Assembly: GCA_963843145.1 (NCBI GenBank) | Contig: CAWJJC010000001.1 | Span: 1 to 22,785, forward strand | Length of the DNA stretch: 22,785 nt | Direction of reading: 5' to 3' | Source: an uncultured delta proteobacterium | Lineage (GTDB): Bacteria; Desulfobacterota; RBG-13-43-22 | Shown: piece by piece, positions 1 to 7,505 of the stretch | Layout: every line of letters starts with the position of its first letter | Numbering within the stretch: the first letter of the stretch is position 1 | Made by a program: the position numbers and the translations under genes | The notes under the pieces: generated by a model | The model's database searches: none | Told to the model about the DNA's origin: nothing | The model's input: only the letters and a program-made list of their open reading frames with translations

Positions 1-7
1 GACAATC

Positions 8-36
8 TTGACAATGAACCCGCTCCGCATTATTTT
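8..36 (+). promoter_or_regulatory. Candidate sigma70 promoter
   Basis: TTGACA (8-13), 17-nt spacer, TATTTT (31-36); the -10 matches only 4/6. Confidence 0.35.
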
Positions 37-91
37 CTAGTTATAATTCAATACCTTTGGCCCTTCCAACCTTTTGATCCGACCTAAATGT

Positions 92-109
92 TTCGACAAC
101 TTTGTCGAA
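92..109. promoter_or_regulatory. Perfect palindrome; candidate activator/operator site
   Basis: TTCGACAA-CT-TTGTCGAA, about 75-90 bp upstream of a sigma54-like element. Confidence 0.55.
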
Positions 110-182
110 CGGCTAACTATCCCGGTAAAAGAAATCAAGTCCATTTAATAAAGATATCAGCCTGTTAGTCGAAATAATTGGA

Positions 183-198
183 TGGCATAATTATTGAA
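183..198 (+). promoter_or_regulatory. Candidate sigma54 (-24/-12) promoter of the SHOCT/multicopper oxidase operon
   Basis: TGGCAT-AATTA-TTGAA versus consensus TGGCAC-N5-TTGCW (GA instead of GC at -12). AT-rich, IHF-like tracts lie upstream. Confidence 0.55.
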
Positions 199-329
199 AT
201 AAATTATGCTGGGCAATAATAGTATTGCCTTTCGCAAGCTTCCGCGAAGTTAAATTAATCTTCTCCTTCCCCCACCTCCCCCAATGGGGAGAGATTGAAA
301 GGGCGAAGGGGAAAGAGGAAAGGAGTTTT

Positions 330-683
330 ATGGCCATGAAATCCAACAACATATTGTACAGGGCTCTGTTTTTATTGTTAATTCTAACCGGCTTCTGGGT
401 GCTGCCCGGATCGGTCTTCGCCGATTACCGCCAATATTACGGCTGGGGGCCGGGCATGATGGGCTGGGGGGGGACGACGGGGTGGTTTGGGCCCTTGGGG
501 ATGATCCTTTTCTGGGTGGTGATCATCCTCGTGATCGTTCTGCTGGTCCGGGGGATCCGGACTTCGAAAGGGACCGTTCAGCAGTTTGGGCCGGCCCCGG
601 AATCGGCCCTGGAAATCCTGAAAAAACGATATGCCCGGGGTGAGATCAACAAGGAAGAATACCTGGAAAGAAAAAAGGCATAG
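330..683 (+). CDS. SHOCT-domain membrane protein with Gly/Met-rich periplasmic segment
   Basis: AGGAG RBS at 321-325 supports ATG 330 rather than 225. Signal-like N-terminus, WGPGMMGWGG, a TM helix and C-terminal SHOCT motif ALEILKKRYARGEINKEEY. Confidence 0.85.
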   Translation: MAMKSNNILYRALFLLLILTGFWVLPGSVFADYRQYYGWGPGMMGWGGTTGWFGPLGMILFWVVIILVIVLLVRGIRTSKGTVQQFGPAPESALEILKKRYARGEINKEEYLERKKA

Positions 684-737
684 ATTCTTACATCCATTGT
701 TCTGAGAATTGTCTCTAACAATGGATGTAAGATTCTA
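681..737. repeat. Long AT-rich inverted repeat (21-bp arms, 1 mismatch)
   Basis: TAGATTCTTACATCCATTGTT (681-701) pairs with AACAATGGATGTAAGATTCTA (717-737). Confidence 0.85.
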
Positions 738-831
738 ATATAGAAAATCAAGTAGTTTTTATTACAGCCAAAAAAAATTCAAATTATTTTGGTTAACCTT
801 TGACCCGTTTCTTGTCTAAAGGAGTATCAGT

Positions 832-2295
832 ATGAAAGAACTCACCAGAAGGGATTTTTTTAAATACTCCGCCCTGGGCGGAGCCGTCGGTTTGGCCCAT
901 CTGGCCCGGCCTCTTGATTTAATGGGGGCCGCTGCCCCCGCACCTTCCCCCGCGGTAAAAGAAATCCGGTTTACGGCCGCCGTGACCAGCGTGGATCTGG
1001 GGACCGGCAAGTCCTTCAAGGCCTGGACCTATAACGGACAGGTCCCGGGGCCTGAAATCCGGGTGAAGGAGGGCCAGCGGCTCCGGGTCATGGTTAAAAA
1101 CCAGCTTCCTGAAGGGACGACCGTCCACTGGCACGGTCTGCCGGTTCCCAACCGTATGGACGGCGTTCCCTTTGTCACTCAGAAACCCATCCAGCCCGGA
1201 GAAACCTTCGTCTATGAATTTGAAGCCAACCCTCCGGGGACGTACTTGTACCATTCCCACGCCTCGTATCAATTGGACCGGGGATTATACGGCACCCTGA
1301 TCGTAGAACCCAATCGGGAGGACCTGAAATATGATCGGGAATTCTCCTGGCTCCTGGAAGACTGGGCCACCTTGGATGGCGGCGGCCCGGAGGCTTCCAA
1401 AATGGGCCGGATAGCCCCCCAGATGGGCATGATGGGCGGGATGAGGGGAAGAAGGCGGTTCGGCGGCGGCGGCGGCGGTCCACTCCAGGAACCTCTTTAT
1501 GATGTCTATACCATCAACGGGAAAGTTCGGGAGGCCTCCCAGGACTTTAAGGTCAAGAAAGGGGACCGGGTGCGGATACGAATCGGCAATCCCTCCTCCT
1601 CCACCTTTTACACCCTGCGGATCGCCGGCCATTCCATGACCATCACTCATGCCGACGGCCGGCCGGTTCTTCCTTTTACCGTGGATGCCCTGCGGATCGG
1701 CATGGGTGAACGGTACGATGTCCTGGTGACCGCCGACCATCCCGGCCGGTGGGCCGTCTACACGCTGAACGAACGGTCTCCGTCGGGGGGCCTGATCCTG
1801 GGCACTCTGTTATATGAAGGGGTTCGCGCCAGGGATTTCAGCAGCGCCCCCGAGGCCTCTTTTCGGATCAATGATTACCGCTTCCTCGAAGGAATGGATG
1901 AGAAGTACCTGATTCCGGTCCAGGGGGAGGCGAATCGTGTCTTCCGAATGACCTTAAGCGGCGGAATGATGGGCTCCCCCTACTGGACCATCAACGGCCG
2001 GGCCTACCCGGATTCAGAGGATCTGACCCTTAAAAAAGGTGAGCGGGTGCGCCTGGAATATTTCAACCGGAGCATGATGAACCACCCCATGCATCTGCAT
2101 GGCCATTTTTTTGAATTGGTGGGAAGCGGAATGGTAACCGGCGTCCGGGTGAAAAAGGATACGATCATTATCCCCGCCCGCATGGGCGGGGGCGCCGTGG
2201 AATTTATCGCCGACAACCCCGGCGTCTGGTTTCATCACTGCCACAACCTTTATCACATGGAAGCGGGGATGGCCAGCCTGGTGAAAGTGATATAA
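832..2295 (+). CDS. Tat-exported multicopper oxidase (three cupredoxin domains)
   Basis: Twin-arginine signal TRRDFFK; copper ligands HWHG, YHSH, HPMHLHGH, HCHNLYHMEAGM; Met/Gly-rich insert; GGAG RBS. Confidence 0.95.
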   Translation: MKELTRRDFFKYSALGGAVGLAHLARPLDLMGAAAPAPSPAVKEIRFTAAVTSVDLGTGKSFKAWTYNGQVPGPEIRVKEGQRLRVMVKNQLPEGTTVHWHGLPVPNRMDGVPFVTQKPIQPGETFVYEFEANPPGTYLYHSHASYQLDRGLYGTLIVEPNREDLKYDREFSWLLEDWATLDGGGPEASKMGRIAPQMGMMGGMRGRRRFGGGGGGPLQEPLYDVYTINGKVREASQDFKVKKGDRVRIRIGNPSSSTFYTLRIAGHSMTITHADGRPVLPFTVDALRIGMGERYDVLVTADHPGRWAVYTLNERSPSGGLILGTLLYEGVRARDFSSAPEASFRINDYRFLEGMDEKYLIPVQGEANRVFRMTLSGGMMGSPYWTINGRAYPDSEDLTLKKGERVRLEYFNRSMMNHPMHLHGHFFELVGSGMVTGVRVKKDTIIIPARMGGGAVEFIADNPGVWFHHCHNLYHMEAGMASLVKVI

Positions 2296-2306
2296 CGATT
2301 TTGGTA

Positions 2307-2373
2307 AGGAGCGAAGCGTCGAGGCAATCACCCGGTCGGCACCGGTGATTGCCTCGCTTCACTCGCCCTGACA
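2307..2373. repeat. REP-like palindromic element, family A copy 1
   Basis: GAGCGAAG..CGAGGCAATCACC / GGTGATTGCCTCG-CTTCACTC stem; shares GGAGYGAAGC..GCAATC with the copies at 10227 and 14087. Confidence 0.75.
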
Positions 2374-2428
2374 GACTGGAGGACCTTTGCTGAAACAAGT
2401 AAAGGATTGTTGCCCGACTTAAAAATAC

Positions 2429-2462
2429 AGAAAGGCCAAGGGGAATCCCCCTTGGCCTTTCT
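2429..2462. terminator. Probable bidirectional intrinsic terminator
   Basis: Perfect 15-bp stem AGAAAGGCCAAGGGG-AATC-CCCCTTGGCCTTTCT between convergent genes, with T-rich tails on both strands. Confidence 0.8.
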
Positions 2463-2473
2463 CTTTGAGGTTA

Positions 2474-2914
2474 TTAGTTGATGGGACGCACCCAGCCGGT
2501 ATTCTTATCAATGGCCAGCTTGGAAACCAGAGAGTTGTCTTTGGTTCGGACCTCACCTTCAAAATAGGTCGTTTTGTCCTCGATCTTTCCGGCCTTAAGG
2601 TTGGGATTCCCGCCGATGTAATTGCTGACGATGGAGGCTGCGTCTTTCTCGCTCAACACTTTCTGCCCGCCGGTGGCCCCGTAGGAGTCGTCCCAGCAGG
2701 GCATCCCGGAATACTGGCCCCCGTTGCCCTGGTAGGCCGGACCCATCATCGGTCCCCCGTAACCATAGCCGGACCCCATCATGGATCCACCATAGCCATA
2801 GCCAGGCCCCGCCATGTGGCCCCAGCCGCCTCCCGGTCCCCAATAACCGGCTAACGCATAACCGCTGACCCCAAGCCCTAATACCAGAACCGTAACCATT
2901 AATAATTTTTTCAT
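2474..2914 (-). CDS. Exported Gly/Met/Tyr-repeat protein with small PepSY-like C-terminal domain; occupies the ZraP position
   Basis: TAAGGAGG RBS 8 nt before ATG 2914; signal peptide MKKLL..YALA; repeats of GxGYGYGGxMM; C-terminal FEGEVRTKDNSLVSKLAIDKNTG is PepSY-like (inference). Confidence 0.8.
   Translation of the reverse strand: MKKLLMVTVLVLGLGVSGYALAGYWGPGGGWGHMAGPGYGYGGSMMGSGYGYGGPMMGPAYQGNGGQYSGMPCWDDSYGATGGQKVLSEKDAASIVSNYIGGNPNLKAGKIEDKTTYFEGEVRTKDNSLVSKLAIDKNTGWVRPIN
2736..2830 (-). repeat. Imperfect 33-bp (11-aa) coding tandem repeat, about 3 units
   Basis: Encodes GHMAGPGYGYG / GSMMGSGYGYG / GPMMGPAY. Confidence 0.75.
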
Positions 2915-2957
2915 AACCATTACCTCCTTAAAAATGTTTTGTTTTGCTTTCATATAT

Positions 2958-2973
2958 TGCAACCGGGATGCCA
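2958..2973 (-). promoter_or_regulatory. Sigma54 promoter of the periplasmic repeat protein
   Basis: Minus strand TGGCAT-CCCGG-TTGCA, a near-perfect -24/-12 element. Confidence 0.85.
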
Positions 2974-2990
2974 ACAGGGTCTTTATTTAA

Positions 2991-3003
2991 TAACCTATTG
3001 ATT
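2991..3003 (-). promoter_or_regulatory. IHF binding site
   Basis: Minus strand AATCAATAGGTTA exactly matches WATCAANNNNTTR and lies between the sigma54 promoter and the upstream activator sites. Confidence 0.7.
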
Positions 3004-3059
3004 ATATTATATTAGTATTCGTTAAAGGTGAAGTGAAGTCCTTTAATGAATAATTTGGA

Positions 3060-3118
3060 TGAATAATTTTTATGCACTCGACCTGTTCAAAACGATACTT
3101 TTGGGTAAATTTTATGCA
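3060..3118. promoter_or_regulatory. Pair of candidate enhancer (UAS) sites for the ZraR-like regulator
   Basis: TGAATAATTTTTATGCA (3060-3076) and TGGGTAAATTTTATGCA (3102-3118): imperfect 17-bp dyads 42 bp apart (about 4 helical turns). Confidence 0.65.
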
Positions 3119-3127
3119 CTTTGGATG

Positions 3128-3156
3128 TAGACTAAAATTTCAATTCGTTATAGATT
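3128..3156 (+). promoter_or_regulatory. Candidate sigma70 promoter of the two-component operon
   Basis: TAGACT-N17-TAGATT. Confidence 0.4.
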
Positions 3157-3214
3157 AAAAAGAAAAGGATTCGGGAAGTCCTGAGATATTACCTGAGGGG
3201 TTGAGGGTCCGCTC

Positions 3215-4999
3215 ATGAAATTTTACAACAAAAAGGTTTCGTCCCCGCAAGGCAAAAAGCTATTTTTCCCGATCATCTCCATCCTGGCGGTAGTCGTGAC
3301 TTTGCTGGTCATCTTGGGCATCTCAACTTATCGGCATTTAAATCGGGCGCAGATGCGGATGGAAGAATCTTTGTTCCGGGACGGGCAGATTATCCTCAAG
3401 AGCCTCGAGATCTCTTTTCGCACCGGCATGATGGGCATGATGGGCCGGCTCGACAACCTTCAGGATATCATGTCTTCGATAACCACTCTTTCTGATATCC
3501 GCTATGTGGCCCTCCTGGATCAAAACGGCCTTATTCTGGCCCACAGTGAGGAGCGATTGGTCGGGACTTCCTTTCCCCAAAAAGAGAAATTCCGAGCAAT
3601 GACCACGGGGAATGGGCCCAAGAGCTGGTTTGGGGAAAAGGGAGAATTTGTCGTTTTGAAGCGGCTGGAACCTTTTCCATATCCGGGGATGAACGGTCCC
3701 GGCATGTCGGGCATGATGTCCATGCGTCGTTCCATGGTGAGTGGGGGTACGGACCTCCTGGATGAAATCCAAACCGGCCGGGTCTTCGCCCTGGTGGCCC
3801 TGGATACCCGGACTTTTGTGGACGCCCGCCAAAACGACCTTCGACATACCCTTCTGATGGGACTGATTTTGCTGGTCTTGGGGACGGCCGGATTTTATTT
3901 TATTTTTCTGGTTCAAAATTATTATGTGGCCCAAAAGGCCCTGGAATCCATTACCACCTATACCGCCCACGTGGTGGAGCACATGCCCGACGGTCTTATT
4001 TCTCTCGATCCCTCAGGCGCTATCGTCACCCTGAACAGTCGAGCCAGGGACATCCTGGGTCTGACGGGGAAGGTCGATGACCGGCAGGAAATAAAAAAAA
4101 GAGTGCAGCCTTTTCTCCAGCCTTTTATGGTCGCTATTTCCAAGAAGGAGCCTCTTCAGGACCAGGAGACCCCTTTTCCGGTCCGACCCGGTGAAACGAT
4201 CCCTGTTTCCTTGAGCGCCGCGCCGGTCGTTTCGGATACGGGGGAAGACCTGGGATCCGTCCTTATCATTAGAGATCTGCGGGAAATCAAGGCGCTGCAG
4301 GAGAAGATTAAAACCAGCGAACGCCTGGCCGGCCTGGGAAGCCTGGCCGCCGGCATGGCCCATGAAATCAGGAATCCCCTCTCTTCCATTAAAGGTTTTG
4401 CCCAGTATTTTTTTAAAAAAAATCCGCCGGAAAGCGAGGGGAGGCAATACAGTCAGGTGATTATCCAGGAGGTGGACCGGTTAAATCGGGTCATTTCCAA
4501 CCTGCTGGATTTTGCCAGACCGAAAGAACCGGTATTGGAATTGGTTTCCCTGCCGGAAATCATTCAACACAGTGTCGGGTTGATCAGGGAAAATGCCCGG
4601 TCCGGGGGAATCGAAGTTCGCACCGATATTGGTGGAGGGCTTCCCCCCCTGCTGGCGGACAGGGATCAGCTAACCCAGGTCTTGCTGAATATCGGCTTGA
4701 ACGGGTTGGAGGCCCTGGAGGGGGGAGGAACGCTCGTTGTTCGCTGCTCTGCCGACCGGGAAGCCCGAACCCTGGTGATGGAGATCGAGGATAGCGGACC
4801 GGGTATGTCCGCAGAAGAGCTATCCCGGATTTTCGACCCTTTTTATACCACCAAGAGAAAAGGGACCGGCCTGGGACTGGCCATCGCCTACCGGATCATC
4901 GAAAAACACCGGGGGACCCTGTCGGTCAGGAGCCAACCGGGTTCGGGGACCCTGTTCCGCATTGAACTGCCCCTGCCGACGGAGGAAGGACTTGAATAA
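3215..4999 (+). CDS. ZraS/HydH-like sensor histidine kinase (2 TM, Met-rich periplasmic domain, PAS, HisKA, HATPase)
   Basis: H-box AHEIRNPL, N-box QVLLNIGLNG, DSGPGM, IFDPFYTTK, GTGLGL; PAS-like HMPDGLISLD. Confidence 0.93.
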   Translation: MKFYNKKVSSPQGKKLFFPIISILAVVVTLLVILGISTYRHLNRAQMRMEESLFRDGQIILKSLEISFRTGMMGMMGRLDNLQDIMSSITTLSDIRYVALLDQNGLILAHSEERLVGTSFPQKEKFRAMTTGNGPKSWFGEKGEFVVLKRLEPFPYPGMNGPGMSGMMSMRRSMVSGGTDLLDEIQTGRVFALVALDTRTFVDARQNDLRHTLLMGLILLVLGTAGFYFIFLVQNYYVAQKALESITTYTAHVVEHMPDGLISLDPSGAIVTLNSRARDILGLTGKVDDRQEIKKRVQPFLQPFMVAISKKEPLQDQETPFPVRPGETIPVSLSAAPVVSDTGEDLGSVLIIRDLREIKALQEKIKTSERLAGLGSLAAGMAHEIRNPLSSIKGFAQYFFKKNPPESEGRQYSQVIIQEVDRLNRVISNLLDFARPKEPVLELVSLPEIIQHSVGLIRENARSGGIEVRTDIGGGLPPLLADRDQLTQVLLNIGLNGLEALEGGGTLVVRCSADREARTLVMEIEDSGPGMSAEELSRIFDPFYTTKRKGTGLGLAIAYRIIEKHRGTLSVRSQPGSGTLFRIELPLPTEEGLE

Positions 5000-6341
5000 G
5001 CAAACCGTTCTTTTAGTGGATGACGAACCCAGTCACCGCCTGATGTTGCGGGCCCACCTGCGGGAAGAAGGATTTGAAACGGAGGAGGCCGCCGACGGGC
5101 AGGAGGCGGTGGATCGGGTAGGCCGCCATTTCTACGATCTGGTTTTGATGGACGTCCGCATGCCGATCCTGGATGGCATTGAGGCCCTTCGGCGGATTAA
5201 AAAGATAAGCCCGGCCATACCGGTCATCATGATGACCGCTTACGGATCCATCGATTCCGCCGTTGAGGCCCTAAAATCCGGCGCCGATGATTACCTGACC
5301 AAACCCCTCGATATGGAGGAGCTCCTTTTGAAGGTGAAGAAGGTGCTTCGCTACCGACAACTGGAGGAGGAAAACCGGTTCAACCGGGAGCGGTTGGGAG
5401 TGCAGTTTGATTTCTCCAACATCATCGGAAAAAGTCCGCCCATGGAAAAACTTTTTGAGACCCTGTCCCTGGTGGCCCCGACCGATGCCTCGGTGTTGCT
5501 TCTGGGGGAAAGTGGAACCGGAAAGGAACTGGTGGCTAACGCCATCCATCAGAACAGTCCCCGTCAGGAGAAACCCTATATCAAGGTGAACTGCGCCGCC
5601 CTTCCGGAATCCCTGCTGGAGAGCGAGCTCTTCGGTCACGAAAAAGGCGCTTTCACCGGCGCCCTCTCCAAAAAAAAAGGACGCTTTGAACTGGCGGACG
5701 GCGGGACCATTTTTCTGGACGAAATCGGGGAGATGAGTCCGGCTACCCAGACCAAAATTTTGAGGGTCCTTCAGGAACAGGAGTTCGAGGCCGTGGGGGG
5801 GACCAAGACCATCCGGGTGGATGTCCGGGTTATCACCGCCACGCACAAAGACCTCGAGACGGCCATCAAAGAAGGGACCTTTCGCGAGGACCTTTATTAC
5901 CGGCTCAACGTGGTGCCGATCCAAATTCCGCCTTTACGCGATAGAAAGGAAGACATCCCCATTCTGGCGGAACATTTCTTAAAAATCTATGCGGACAAAA
6001 ACAATCGACCGCTTCACGGGTTTGAACCGCAGGTCATGGACGCGCTGGTCCGGTATGCCTGGCCGGGGAATGTCCGGGAGCTGGAAAATAACGTGGAACG
6101 GATGGTGGTCATGAGCCGCGGGGAAACGATTCTCAACCAGGACCTATCTCCCGTCCTGAAGCCGCCGCCGGAAGAAGAACAGGAATCAAGAAGCCTCATC
6201 GGTTCTTCCTTGAAGGACATTGAAAAAGAAGTCATCCTCAAGACCCTGGAGCAGGCAGGGGGCAACCGCACTCATACCGCTCGGATCCTGGGTGTAACCC
6301 GCAAGACCCTACAGAACAAGATCAAGGAATACGGAATATGA
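4992..6341 (+). CDS. ZraR/NtrC-family sigma54-dependent response regulator
   Basis: GGAGG at 4981-4985 supports a TTG start at 4992. Receiver LLVDDE..MDVRMP..KP, Walker A GESGTGKE, ESELFGHEKGAFTGA, Fis-type HTH. Confidence 0.95.
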   Translation: MNKQTVLLVDDEPSHRLMLRAHLREEGFETEEAADGQEAVDRVGRHFYDLVLMDVRMPILDGIEALRRIKKISPAIPVIMMTAYGSIDSAVEALKSGADDYLTKPLDMEELLLKVKKVLRYRQLEEENRFNRERLGVQFDFSNIIGKSPPMEKLFETLSLVAPTDASVLLLGESGTGKELVANAIHQNSPRQEKPYIKVNCAALPESLLESELFGHEKGAFTGALSKKKGRFELADGGTIFLDEIGEMSPATQTKILRVLQEQEFEAVGGTKTIRVDVRVITATHKDLETAIKEGTFREDLYYRLNVVPIQIPPLRDRKEDIPILAEHFLKIYADKNNRPLHGFEPQVMDALVRYAWPGNVRELENNVERMVVMSRGETILNQDLSPVLKPPPEEEQESRSLIGSSLKDIEKEVILKTLEQAGGNRTHTARILGVTRKTLQNKIKEYGI

Positions 6342-7471
6342 AAAAAGAAACCCAGTGCATCCACGGCGGCGGCTATCGGGACCCCATCACCCGGGGCCTG
6401 AACACTCCGATTTTCACTTCCTCCTCCTACGAATACCTGGACCGGGAGGAATGTCCCTATCCGCGCTATTTCAACACCCCCAATCAGGAAGCGGTGGTTC
6501 GAAAGATGTGCGCCCTGGAGGGAGGCGAGGACGGAGTCCTCTTCAGTTCCGGCATGGCGGCCATGAGCACGGCTATCCTGGCCTTTGCCGGCGCCGGGGA
6601 CCACGTGGTCCTGATGGATGAACTGTACGGCGGGACCCACGCCATCGCTACGAATGAGTTCAAGCGGCTGAACATCGATTACGCCTTCGCACCGACCGAA
6701 GCTGAAGCCATCGTGCAGTCCTCCACCGAACGGACCCGGGTGATCGTGATCGAATCCCCAACCAATCCCCTCCTCGGTCTAGTCGACATTCGCCGCGTAG
6801 CGGCCTTGGCCCGGGAGCGGGGCATCACCACGATCATCGACAACACCTTTGCCACCCCCATAAATCAGAACCCCTTGACCATGGGAGTCGACGTGGTGGT
6901 CCATAGCGGGACTAAGTACCTGGGGGGTCACAGCGATCTTTGCTGCGGGGTGGTGGTGACCTCGGCCGAAAAGGCCGCGCGCGTGCGGGACCTGGCCCGG
7001 AACCTGGGCGGCAGCCTGGATGCCAACAGCGCTTACCTGCTGGAACGGAGCCTCAAGACGCTCTCGCTGAGGGTCGGACGCCAGTCCGAGAACGCCCAGC
7101 GCCTGGCGGAGTTCCTGGAGCGGCAGGCGGGGGTAACCCGCGTTTTTTATCCCGGGCTGAAGACCGCTCCGGGCCATTCCCTGGCCCAAGCCCAGATGCA
7201 GGCCTTTGGGGGTATGCTTTCCTTTGAATTGGATGAAAACAAGATAGCCTCCTCCCAATTCCTTCGGCGCCTGCAATTGATCAAGCCGGCCGTCAGCCTC
7301 GGCGGCGTGGAATCGACCATCTGCGCCCCGGCGGTCACCTCCCATGCCAAGATCTCAGCCGCCGAAAGAAAGCGGATCGGCATTTCCGACTCCTTGTTCC
7401 GACTATCGGTCGGCATCGAGCACCCCGAAGATCTAACGGAGGATCTGGCCAGGGCCCTGGGTTTAGATTAG
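6338..7471 (+). CDS. Cys/Met metabolism PLP-dependent enzyme (cystathionine gamma-synthase / beta- or gamma-lyase family)
   Basis: FSSGMAA, ESPTNP, DNTFATP, PLP-lysine motif HSGTKYLGGHSD, SLGGVES, RLSVGIE; ATGA overlap with the regulator. Confidence 0.93.
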   Translation: MKKETQCIHGGGYRDPITRGLNTPIFTSSSYEYLDREECPYPRYFNTPNQEAVVRKMCALEGGEDGVLFSSGMAAMSTAILAFAGAGDHVVLMDELYGGTHAIATNEFKRLNIDYAFAPTEAEAIVQSSTERTRVIVIESPTNPLLGLVDIRRVAALARERGITTIIDNTFATPINQNPLTMGVDVVVHSGTKYLGGHSDLCCGVVVTSAEKAARVRDLARNLGGSLDANSAYLLERSLKTLSLRVGRQSENAQRLAEFLERQAGVTRVFYPGLKTAPGHSLAQAQMQAFGGMLSFELDENKIASSQFLRRLQLIKPAVSLGGVESTICAPAVTSHAKISAAERKRIGISDSLFRLSVGIEHPEDLTEDLARALGLD

Positions 7472-7505
7472 GCATCAAAACGCCGGGAAGAAAAAAAATT
7501 GATCG

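Noticed and set aside
225-329. ORF-track N-terminal extensions (also 2915-2974, 4962-4991, 9208-9261, 15988-16218)
   Set aside because: Better RBS-linked starts lie downstream; the extensions overlap promoters, leaders or neighbouring genes.
1457-1478. GGC run in the oxidase as a phase-variable tract
   Set aside because: Triplet repeat encoding an in-frame poly-Gly linker; length change would not shift the frame.
2736-2830. CRISPR-like periodic repeat
   Set aside because: Contiguous in-frame coding repeat with synonymous variation; no spacers or cas genes.
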